Assembly: GCA_051047955.1 (NCBI GenBank)
Contig: JBPGPT010000001.1
Coordinates: forward strand, 992,001 to 1,056,000
From: Cystobasidiomycetes sp. EMM_F5
Lineage: Eukaryota
Direction of reading: 5' to 3'
DNA length: 64,000 nucleotides
In this document: piece after piece, positions 1-11,508 of the stretch
How the letters are laid out: every line of letters begins with the position of its first letter
Position numbering within the stretch: position 1 is the first letter of the stretch
Notes under the pieces: model-generated
Seen by the model: only the letters and a program-made list of their open reading frames with translations
The model's database searches: none
What the model was told of the DNA's origin: nothing
Program-made: the position numbers and the translations under genes

Positions 1-2311
1 CCGGTAGGCCTCGCTAGGCTCCTGAATTTCTCGCTGAATGAGGAAACTTCTGTGCATGATGATGCCTGCAAAAAGGATTTTTTGCGTCAATGGCCAAGCT
101 GGTGCACAGACTCGTGAGCACTGACGGATGATGTGGTATGCGAGGAGAACGCCTTGAAATTGCATCTTGTCTGCCCGCTTTGCACCAGCCCCCTCTGGCG
201 GCGTAACATACTCGTGCATGTCAGCACACCAGATCTGAAATTGATTTTCAAGGAGGGGCAATGTCGCAAGCCAGTGGTCCGATTTGCCAACATGGTGACG
301 CTGGTACAGAGCGTCGTGGACTGCTCTAGTGCTCAACTCGGGCGAAACGGAAAGAAAGCCTAATCGGACTTACTTTTCGTCCAGATGGCCGAGAGACGCA
401 CTCGCATAGCGAAAATGTCTGAAACAACTTGCCGAGGCTGTCCATTGCGCATTGCATCAAAGGGCGGATCAAGGTCGATGTCGGCTTCCGATGTCAGAGA
501 CGGTCGTCCAGTTGAGGAGGAATGCCAGACATCATGTACGCGAGTACACCACCATAATTGCGTTCGCCGCAGAGACTCTTCTGGCGACTTGTTGGCCAAT
601 GCTGGCTTGCGATGCAGATTCTGCAATTTTTACCAGCTCAACTTTCGGACAAAGCGTTGATGGGGTGAACGGACTTACGAGTGCGTGGGCGACTCTTGTA
701 GCGACAGCTAGTGTCGACCATAATATTCGTGACCTGTTTGTATTGATTTCGAAGACGGCCATCTGCATAGCTAGCTGCACAGATTCGAGGGTCATGAGTT
801 CGGCAATGTCGAGATAGCACTGCCGAGCTGCCTGATACAAGCGTTCACTGTCCTCGTATTTTCGCTCAAACAGCGCGCCAAAAGCCAAGAGCGCACAAAT
901 CGTGGTGCGGGCTCCCAGTGGCAGGTCTCGCGCGGCGGAGGTGTTGGTCTGCTTCGGCTTTCCTGCCTGGTATTGCTCCTCTTCCGCCCAAATTGCTTCA
1001 TAGCGCCTGTTTATCACGGCTCAGGATTGAAGGAAAGGGAGGTAGCTACGGATGTGCTTACGACATGGCCATGTCTGGAAAAGGCCACAACTGGTATATC
1101 CATTCAGCTTCAGCGACTTATGGCATACGTCAGCTTGATCCGCAAAGACCGGCCGAGGAACGCATCGAGGCATGTGCTCACAGTAAGCATCGAAGTACCG
1201 AAGAGACGCCCGCCTTTCTATCATTTTCGGAATGTCAGGTTCCACGACTGTTGCTGTCGGGATGCGCTGAAAACGCGTCAGAACAAGGCCTGATACGCTA
1301 TGATCATTCTCTTGCTGAGGCGGTTGGGCGGTGCCATCTCGACCTGCTGAACTGGGACTCGTCACAGCTGGCGAAGTTTGCGAGACTGTCTGCAGAATTG
1401 ATGGAGGCCGATTGAAAGGTGGAGGTACCGGCTTCGGGCGGGACGCAGCTGGCACCGGAATCGAGGCTGCAGGTTGCGGTGCAGATATAATTGGTGGAGG
1501 CACGTACTTGTGTGCAGGAGGCAGCCTCGTATTCTGGTGATTGGAAGGCAATGGCGGTAAGAGGCCGTTTGTAGTAGACGTACTTGCTAACGGTAATCGA
1601 AAGATTTGGGCAGGGTCTATTTGCGGAGCATGCTGATAGGTATCGTGAGAATTGAGCGACGGAAGCCTGAACAGAAACAGACGTCTATACTTCCACAACC
1701 GTCTGTACGGAGAGGCAGCTGCTTACCGTGCGATTGGCCTGCCATAGTCCAGAAAATCATCGGACGCTACGTTGGTGTAGTTCTGAGGAAGAGCCTGATG
1801 GTATTGATGTCCATTTGTAAGGTCCCCAACGTCCAAATGGTTTGGTAATTCTGTATCAATTGCGGAATGTTTCCCGTTTCGGGGGAAGCCCAACGTCGGC
1901 GCTGGTCGCAAAGCTTCTCCACTATGCTCGCTTGAGGAGACGATTGGTCTGGATGATTTATTCTGCGAGGTGGCTATCCCGACACTGCCTGGCAGTACTG
2001 GCGGGTCCTCAAATACACACTCCAGACCTCTTCCTTCACAGAACTTGCAGGGCATTGAGCCTGAACATCTCGTCTTTCTCGCGTGGCATCTTTGACACTG
2101 TGCGACAACGAGTGACGAGGCGGGCAAGCAGAGAGAACTCGTTAGAATGCGGTATGCGTTTCTCTCTGCACGTGATTCAGCCAGTCCCGCTCACAGCTCT
2201 AGCAGACCGGTCGACCTTTGCGTAGGGTTTGCGCACGGCGGGTGGAGCTTGAGGTGACGATTTGACCGATATTGTGCTTGTCGAAGCAGAGTCGCTCCTC
2301 ATTGGAGCCAT
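1..2311 (-). CDS. Zn(II)2Cys6 transcription factor with fungal-specific TF domain; multi-exon, 3' end runs off the window
   Basis: Intron 2194-2099 (GTGAGC...CACAG) joins RKPYAKVDRSARA to CQRCHARKTRCSGSMPCKFCEGRGLECVF. Downstream exons read ICALLAFGALF and TLESVQLAMQMAVFEINTNRSRILWSTLAVATRVAHAL, typical of the Fungal_trans domain. The start could instead be at 2469. Confidence 0.88.
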
Positions 2312-2683
2312 TTGTGATTTATCGGTCCGTGGCCAGACAGGCCTGTCACGGGCAGTCGTGCAATTACGGGTAACCGATAAAGGGAGCCTTGGTGCGGAAC
2401 CCGGCCTGTCCGACTGGTCGAGGACTGGCAACGCAGCCGGGAAAGTAGCAGCAGTCACCGCAGCTTCATGGTCAGTAGTTTGACAGCGAAAGCGCGGGAG
2501 CTGTGCTGGCGGGCGAGCAATTTGGCATGACCCCGATCAAGCGATATTAGCTATAGGCAGCCAGGCCGTCGTTGCTTTCGTATAGTTGTATCGAACGATG
2601 TCACTCCGCTGAGCAGAGTGCGCCAGTTGTGAAGCCAGCCTGCAGGACTCTGTTGTCTGCCAAATATCTATCCATGCCACGAC

Positions 2684-5600
2684 ATGGACTGGCCAGCTGC
2701 GACTGCGCTGCCGTACAGCATACACGCGTGCTCGTCGTTCTCTGGTCAATGTGAGGCTGCTCGTACGGCTAGTCGCGATGCGAAACTCAGTCTCCACCTC
2801 GTGTGCCGCACACTATCGTGACCAGATGGTCCTGAAAATATCCTTGTAGAGTGAGCAGCACACGCAAACATTCCAGTAGTCTCTGCTCAGTGTGGACGGT
2901 TCTGTGGTTCTGCGCCGCGTCTTCCAGCAATCCTACAGACCAGAGGTCTCGATGGTCCGGCGGTACTGCACTGACAGTGTCGGGCAATGCTGGATCTTCT
3001 ACTGCAAATCGAGATGGTATACAAGGAATCGATACGTCCTCGACAAGTATCCTGTCGCCATCGCTGGGAGGTCCGTCAACCTCTTCTGGAGCTAATTCCA
3101 ATAATGCGACGTCCACCGCCCCAACTGGTACGCCGTTGCGCGAGCAACAATGGCTCATATTGAAACTCCGTAGTCGTGCAATTTTGCGTATGTCTACTGC
3201 TTCACATTACCGCTGAGACATTTAACACGGTCGTTTGAAAGAATCGATAACCTTCGGCAAGTACTCGCGGGCGCACCCATGTAACGTCCGCGAATATAAG
3301 GTACACGCTGGCCTGTCTCCAGACATCAAGACGATGTCTTTACTCCACTGGGGCGGCTTGAAGAACGATAATGTCCCAGAAACGACCCCGCTGTCGTGGA
3401 AAAACAAGGATGGTATAGCTTTTCCCTGCGAGTACGTCTGCATAGAGCCTCTCAGCGCACACTCGAGCAACTATAATATTAGCATATGGTGAATGATGAT
3501 TCATCGCGCATCGTTCAAAGCCCCTCCTTACTCTCACTTCATAGGTACATTGCGTTATCAGGAATTGATGACGATGCTGTTGTGCAACGCGTCTCTGCAG
3601 ATTACTTTAACGTAAGGCTAGGTCTCTATTACTCCGGATCAAATTGTATGCTGAGTGTTTAGGCAGTATCGGGAACTAGCTACGAACAAATTAATTCTCA
3701 AGCACCTGCGACAACAAGGATTTATGCAAGCTTACGACACACTGTACGAATCTGTGGTGACTCGTCATAGATACACAGCAGGCGAAAATCCTCTACAGGC
3801 ACTTGAAAACCCTATACTCACTCACTTGCATCGAGCATTAGTGGAAGATGGGGACTTCGATGAAGCGGAACGATTACTCAACGATGTCGCATATTCGACC
3901 GCTGTTTCTGTACATGATCGTGACCTGTTCCAGGCACATCGCGAGCATACTCCTCCAAGGGCCGAATGGACGCGTCTTGATACTTTGCCTTCGACGGTAT
4001 CTGCAGATGGTACGATGCCGGGCCCGAGAGGCGGTCATCAGCTAGTACTGCTTCGAAACTCGGAACATGTCGATAAATGTGCTGCCATTGACGGCGAGGA
4101 TACTGGCGGGGCGTACTTGAGCGACAATAGTACTACAGCATGCCATTCGCTGTATCTGTTTGGGGGTTGGAACGGGAAGGAAGAGCTTTGCGATTTCTGG
4201 CGCTACAATCTAGAATCGCAGAATTGGCATCAGCTTGAAGATGCTTCCACTGCGTCCGCCCCTGGCACATGCCCTGATGCACGTAGTTGCCATCAGATGG
4301 CTGTCGACCCATTGAAAGGAGACATATACCTGATAGGCCGGTTTGTGGAACCCGAAGCTGTGACCGGGCTAGGCTTTCGTAGTGACTCTTTGCCAGCGCG
4401 TACCGGCTCCTCTGCGCTAAACGATACCGTTGGCAGTGACGAGCGACAGCCAAATTCACTCGCTGAGGATGCACAGGTAATTCAGAATGTGCCAGACGCT
4501 GCGGTTCCAATATACACAGACACTGGCAATACTACGAGTCAGCGCAATCAAAATGCGGCTCTTCCGCTAATTGACGTGCCTATCCGGCCATCACCAGCCG
4601 ATGAGCACGCCCAAGCAGCAAAGTTCGCTCGTGGCGCTGATTTGTGGGTATACCATACAAGCACAGTCCTCGGGAGTCGAGCCGGCTGGGAAAGGCTCTC
4701 GGACGACACGGCGGCACAAGGAGGACCCTATACATTGTTTGATCATCAGGCGCAGATTGACCCTGCGGGAAGGACCATGTACGTCTTTGGCGGCAAATAC
4801 TACGACGAGAAGGATGGCAAAGCCCACTACTCAGGGTTGTACGCTTATCACCTGGATAAGCGACAGTGGAAATGCATCTACCGTGACGATGATGCCATCA
4901 CTACGCTGTCTGCAGACAGCAAACCCGGTCACGATGTGGAGAACGCCGTAGTCCCGTCGCGTATCGGACACTCAATGCTACTCGACTCAGTAAAGCGCAA
5001 ATTACTGATCTTTGCGGGACAGAGGGTTGAAGCGTATCTAGACGACATGTGGATTTACGATCTCGATACTGGCACAGTCGAGCGCATTAATATGGGCTTG
5101 TCATCCGCCGATAGTCCGGAAAGCGGCTTCACACAACGCGCTGCCATGGACGAAAAGCGGAGGGAGTTTGTTCTATTGTCGGGCCTGACAAAGGCACGGA
5201 CTCCACCCCACCATGCTCAAGTCCGGCACGCTATATGGATCAAGCATGTTGATAGCGGACACTGGACTCGGATCCCAAAAAGCGCAGTCAGTGTAGTCAG
5301 AGCGCAAGCCGGGTCTTCCGTAGATGCAGACAAGGAGGAGCCCAGAGCTCGCTTCGCACATCAATTTGTCTACGATCCCGACTCGGACCGTCACTACGTG
5401 AGACACGCCATCTTATCTTTCACATTACTTCTCTGATCACTCTTCATGACCAGCTTTTCGGTGGAAATCCAGGTGATTTGACTTCGTCCGCTCGGCTTAG
5501 CGATTTCTGGATGCTCAAACTCATACGGTATAAACCCTTTTGATACGCCCGATTTTGGCAGTGACTGACTGCGCCGCCTCAGAACATCGAATGAGGAGAT

Positions 5601-6000
5601 CCTGCGGCAATGCCTTTTCGCACTTCGCCGCTGTCGATTCCGTGAATTGTGTCAGACCGGCGATTCCGTTGGAGCATTGCAGTATCTGCAAACGGCAGTA
5701 GCCGAAGTCAGTTCGGCAGCAGAACAAGATGAATTTCTGTCGTGCATGGCTGAGCTACTGTCTGCTGGCATAAACGGTCATTCGCGTGATAGCCATTATG
5801 CAGAATCTCCCGAAGACGACGCAAGCGATATGACGACTAGCCAAACGCTCCAAAACAGCAGGGAAGCAAAAGTCAACGTCGATGTCTGGAAGACGCGGAC
5901 AGCAGTCTTTGAGATACTTTTACGATACTTTCCCCCAGAGGACAAGGAGCCATCTGCCGACCTACTATCACTGCCGACAATATGGGAGGCAGCGCCCTGA
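2684..6000 (+). CDS. MKLN1: Muskelin homolog (discoidin, LisH/CTLH and Kelch repeats), CTLH/GID E3 ligase subunit
   Basis: The spliced N-terminus reads [42 protein letters not shown], followed by SITFGKY..HPCNVREYKV and IEPLSAHSSNYNISIW. LisH-like KLILKHLRQQGF. Kelch motifs PGPRGGHQL, LYLFGGWNG, ARSCHQM, PSRIGHSM and PRARFAHQFVY. Confidence 0.88.
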
Positions 6001-6090
6001 TACATGGTGTATGCGCATCTAAATATGCTACAGTAAATTTGCACTTATGCCCTACTGTATGTACTGCGAGAAATCTACACTGCGAATATG

Positions 6091-9000
6091 CTACATAACC
6101 AGCCATCGCTTCAAGCGACGTCCAGCGGCACTGACAGGCGTCAGTACAGGCGAGATAGGAGAGATCGAGGCTGACGACACTACGATTTTGCTGGATGGTG
6201 AGCTGCCAGGTTCAGTCTTGCGAGAGACAGGAGCTGTGATCAGAGAACCGGATGCGGAAGCGGTCGAGGCAACGGAATTGATCGAAGGGCTGATCATCAC
6301 AGAAGAGTCGACGACAGCCGCACCAGCAACAGCATTATTGGCAACCGTGGTAGCATTGGCGGATTTCAACGAGTTCAAGGCGAGAATAGCGTAGGCGCCG
6401 CCCACTACTGGCCGGTTGACGAACCCTGTATGTCTAGCGTCAGTGCATATTCACAGCAATGCGAAGATGTGTACATACCAGTTGACGACGCGTTGACCGT
6501 ATTATACAAGTCTGGAACAGCTTGCCCCGTCGCCCCAAAGGCCAAGAATTCCTTTACGCCGTAAATAAAGATGTCCCTCAGGGTAGCATTATTTGCATAT
6601 ATCGCGGCCGTCCAGAGCTCGAAGTCTGTCTTGGCATACACACTGCGCGAATCTAGTGGGACACCGTACGTTTCTGAATTCGAGGTATCAGCAGGATCAT
6701 ACGGCTAAGAGCGCAGTATAACTTACTGGCTTGCTTGGCGTACCAAGCGCCTTGCATTGCGTAGAATGCATCGCTAAAGAGGTTTAAGCCAAAAACCTTA
6801 TCTGGTAGAAGATTGTATAGGGTACTCCAAGTATCGTCTGACGAGCCATAGCTTAATTTGAGATGATCTTTGGTGGTTGCCATTGCTTGGGCTATGACTT
6901 CATTCGAGTAGCGTTGCGCTGTGCTGGTGTACAAGGTTGCATCTGCAGCCTGACCAACGGTAGCCGCGATCTGGCCCATGCAGCCCAGTCCGACAACCCC
7001 TTTGACCTACGTCTCACACAGTAAGCTTCGCATCATAGATATGGTGTAAGGCATTGCGCTCACCGCTAAGCTTGTCATATTGGCCAACTCGCCTGCAAAG
7101 TCATCGGTACTGGCCTGCAACACCGGGTACACCGTACTATTGACAAGATAGTTGGCCCATTGCTTGAGAATGGGATAATGAGCCACAACGAAATCCGTCT
7201 TTCCCGAGTATCGAGTGTACGCCAGTGCCATAAACAACATGTTTGCACTCTCTTCGATGTAATACGGCGCATCTACCTGATACGGACCCGTAGCGTTCGG
7301 GTATGCTTTCCCGATGTCGTGGGGCGCCCAAGGGTGGGGAAAGTATTTCTCGGAGTATTCAACGACTGGACGTAGCATGTACCGGATCATCTCTGGATTG
7401 ATATATGCGAAGAACGGCCAGGCGGGCGCCATCACGTCAACGGTGTTGATGTAATTAGAGGTTGCAATCTGCCAAGTTTATCGTCAGAGACGATGCAAAG
7501 TCATGAATGCATCACAAACCTCTTTGACAAACATCATTACATCACTAGTGTCGAAGCCCGCATCGGTCTTGGTGATAGTTAGCTCCACACCTGAAAAGAC
7601 TTGCCGGGCTGTGATTGCGCAAAGACCAGCATAGTCCGCTGAGACGCTTCCAGCCGATTGCTGGACCTGAGCATCAAACTGTACCGACAGTAAAAGTGCT
7701 TGCGCATAGTCGCTGTAGAAGAAGCCGATCGAAGACTGCATGGACGGATATGCCGACAAAAAGTATAGACTCCTATTAGGGTACGTAGCGTTCGAAGCGG
7801 TATACGAGACGGCAGGATCTCTGAAATGGCCGATGGCAAAGAGAGCCGTAGCGGAGCGCGAGCCTGAAACAACACCAAGATCTTTGGCGAACCCGAGCGC
7901 GGGCTGGTTATTGCTGATCTGACGGTATTGCGTGTCTGGTACACTTCCCAGCCTTCCGGCCGTGTTGAAAGCTTGTCTGAGAGTCGATGAAGGGCCCGAT
8001 TGGGCAGTCGTATTTGCCTGTACAGTCGAGATTTATTCAGAGACATACTCTGCACCTCTTGAGACGGTAACTCACCATATCCGTTGCCCACACGACCTGT
8101 CCGTACAGAGTTGAATCCTGGACTTCGCTGTAGAGTAGCTCTGGCACAACTTGCGCGTATTGCGTAAGCAACGTGTTATTGACTACATATTGACCCCAGG
8201 TAATGTTGCGAGTCCAATCGTTGCTTGCCCACTCGCCGGTGATGTCGGAGTACAGCTGCACAACGTATTCTTCAGACTCAACATAGAGCGCACGAGGAAA
8301 CGGACACGTAGACTCACCTTTACTGCATGGCTTTGTCCATCATTCGGCGCGACGGAAACATGCAGATACGAGTAGGGCAAGGTCTGCCGTACGAGATCTT
8401 TCGGAGTGATAGGCGACAAGAACTGAACAGTGACGTCAACAGCGCCCGTTCGCATCACGAATGTCGTGGATGTTGCGGTCCAATTGAGCGAGAGTTGTAC
8501 TGCTTTTCGCCCTCCTGGAGCGCAATTTGCCGAAACACCCATCCAAGTGTATGAGATACCCTCGACAGTCACTATGCCACACCAAGGCAGCGAGTTGCCC
8601 TGTGTACGCGTGTATTCGCAAATCAGCCCTGCGAAGCTCTTCCAGTGTGAAGTGCGTCTCGACCAACATTCCAAAACGACGGGAATTGAGCGCTCAGGTC
8701 TCCTCCTCTATCATTCGCACCACCCCACAGCCACGTCGACACGTAGGGTGAGCGGACTGCCAGAGGTATACCCTAGAAGGAAGATCGGTCAGTCGGGCTC
8801 GAAACGACGGCAGAATTGGCATACGGTCGGATTGAACGGCGATGTAGTCCAAGTGACATTCTGCGCTGCGAAGCTGTATGTGCTGAGCTCGCTCGAGTCT
8901 AGCACGCTCAATTGACGGTCTCCAGCGTTGGAAATTAACGAATCTTTGAGCGATGGCTTGGACAGCCCACGCCGTGCCAAGCTGTGCAGTGCTCTTGCAA

Positions 9001-9145
9001 TGGAGGTGTCGTCGATGAAGGTGCCGCCGCTTCCAGAGTGCTGACCATGCCTGCGACCATGACCAGAAGCAGCAGCAGCTGCTGCCGTCAAGAGCAGGTA
9101 CGCGCTGGCTGCGAGATTGAGACTCCCGACCAAGGACCGCAGCAT
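6091..9145 (-). CDS. gtaA: Secreted glutaminase GtaA-family protein (DUF5127/DUF4965/DUF1793), many introns, Ser/Thr-rich tail
   Basis: Signal peptide-like start, then GIPLAVRSPYVSTW, WTATSTTF, FLSPITPKDLVRQTLPYSYL, YSDITGEWAS, DVMMFVKE, NTVDVMAPAWPFF, WAPHDIG, EESANML, STDDFAG and YAKTDFELWTAA. Confidence 0.85.
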
Positions 9146-9519
9146 GATTACTGCAGCAGCTCAGATCCAGCTGGTGGACTCTGCAAGTGTTGGCGCTGCA
9201 GAAATTGCAGACCAGCTGCTGTTTCGTTTGCAAAGAGATTCGCTGGTACTGTACCTGAATCGTGATCCCAAATTCGGAAGTCGTGCAAAAGCAGTCGCGT
9301 TTAGGAAGCGCCGAGGCTCAAGGACAATTAAGAAAGATTTGAATCCTTGATAACAACAGCACAACGAGCACAACAAGCACAGCGCACAAATGCAAAACCT
9401 CGAGTAGACTACGACTAAATTATCTGCGAAAAAGGTATCGATGGATGGCATGCTCCCGCAGGCCATTGCGCTCACAAGCCGCAAAACGCTCGATATGAAA
9501 CATACTTGCCGGCAGAAGA

Positions 9520-11267
9520 TCACTTTCCAGCCACCTTCTTCTTGTTCCTCGAGGCGATAGCGCCCGCAGCTTTGGTCTGCTTCTGACCTTCTCGCTTCTC
9601 TAAAAAGCCTGAGCAGTTTTCAGCTGCGCACAGACACCTTTGTGGCTTTGCAGGGACGGGAGTAGCCGTATCGGACCGCACAACACTGGCATTGTCTTCG
9701 CTCTTGACATCACCGATGGATGAGAATGACTGCCACCCATAGTCGTCTGACAAGAGACAAGTCAGCCGCAAAATAAGCAAATCACATACACAACCTACAG
9801 CATAACTCCTCTTTGGCATCAATATCCCGCAAGGCAAACATACCAATCTGGTATTCGTCATAGTCGGCCAACTCTGCATCAAAGCCCGACGATTAGCACA
9901 CAACTATACATTCCCTGCAGGCTCTGTTCGCTTTTACAGCAAATGAGGCAAACTTACTCCACCGGACTACCTGCAGATTTGGGCTGCAGGAATGGTTGAT
10001 AAATCTTGCATCGTTGCCCTGCATTCCGGCATCGACGACTTCCCTGCCAAAGTAGTCAAGAAAGTAAAAGTCGTGGCGATCCTTATATTCATCCTGTACG
10101 CGACGGTACGACTCGTTGACCGAGATGACCTCGCCACGGTACTCCATGACAAATTCTCCAGCAACGATATCTGTATTTGTCCGCAGACCAAATCCGCGGT
10201 TTCCAGTCTATACCGTTCATTAGCGGTATTCTCGGCAGGACAAACACAATATCACGTACCCAGAATACTTCTAGGTCGTGTCTCACTTGGCGCTGGTTGA
10301 ACGGAGTGTTTGTGCATTTGTTGCCCAGTGGGCATAATCTCGGCGAGCAGAAATACTGCATCATCCTGCAGGTGGAATATTTATATTTGGTAAAAAGTAA
10401 AGATGACGCGCTTGTACTGTCACGCTCACCGATTGATGCACGAATCATCGCATGCTCCGCTCTTGCACATGCATATTGCTCGAAGTGGAGCCTCATCTCG
10501 CAATCTCTCGACGTATCTATCTGTAATGTGCGGGGACAATCGTTAGGTTGGAGGGGAGTCTCATGCACTACGGACGTACTCTGCGCAATATGCTTGAACG
10601 GAGGTGGCTGCTTCTGTCTCGAGATACGATCCAAGGCGTCTGACCTGAACTTGAGTCCGTCCACCGTCACTGGCAGAGTGGAAAGATCGAAATCATTTTG
10701 GATATCCCAAGGCAGTCGAAAGTTGCGTTCCTCGTTCAGAATGGTAGTGCCGTGATGCATTGGCAATTCAAACTTGAATGTCTCTGCCAATTCATCGGTG
10801 TTGACTGCGTTACCGCGTTTGGCTGTATGTTTGTTTGTCTTGCGTCGCGATTGTACGCCGCGCGCATTGTTTGAGGATGCGTACAGGCCAGCTAGCAGGT
10901 ATAGTTTTCTGTCGGGAACATCTTGCTCGGCCTGTGCAATCTCTTCCATTTCCCTCTGGATCCGCAAGGCTGCTGCACGGGCCTTTCGAGCCAACCTTTG
11001 TTGGACAATCTCGTCGTCCTCGTCGTCGTCCACCGACGTCGGCGGCGTGTTTGAGCCTTTGACGCGCTGTCGCTTGCGTGTAGGCGCTTCATCTTCGGAC
11101 GAGAGTATAGACGAGAGGTCTGAACTTGATGCTACCGAAGTGGTGCGCGCATGGACGGAGCGCGACATGGACGGCTCACCAACTGCGGACGCTGTCTGCA
11201 GCTGAGCGAGATGCGCAGTGTCCAGCCGTGCATCGTGCGCCGTCGCAACAACCGCTACAGCTGCCAT
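9520..11267 (-). CDS. ASH1: Ash1-like SET-domain histone H3K36 methyltransferase (AWS-SET-postSET)
   Basis: LYLLAGLYAS and FELPMHHG...FRLPWDI (fungal Ash1 N-region). AWS CINRMMQYFCSPRLCPLGNKCTN, SET MEYRGEVI, GNDARFINHSCSPN, ELCYDY (spliced), and post-SET CLCAAENCSGFL. Confidence 0.85.
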
Positions 11268-11323
11268 TTTGTTTGTGGTCAAGCAATAAAAACAAATCAA
11301 ACTCGGTTGCCCGTGATCGCGTC

Positions 11324-11334
11324 ATAAACGCGTC
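11324..11334. promoter_or_regulatory. MCB-like element (ACGCGT) about 60 bp upstream of the Ash1-like start, with a second CGCGT just beside it
   Basis: Sequence gatCGCGTcATAAACGCGTCc. The same 11-mer occurs at 27524-27534. Confidence 0.4.
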
Positions 11335-11508
11335 CAAACAAAATTCAATAAACAAAGGCATGCGGGCAAAGAAACGGCTTCTGATTGTAATATCTTCGAT
11401 GCAGTGTATTGGTTATGATACATTGAACAGCAGATCGTAACTATACGTCTCGTTGTCTAGGTCAGCCCGTCAGCAGGTCATTCAGACATTGCTCGAGATC
11501 CGCGGATC

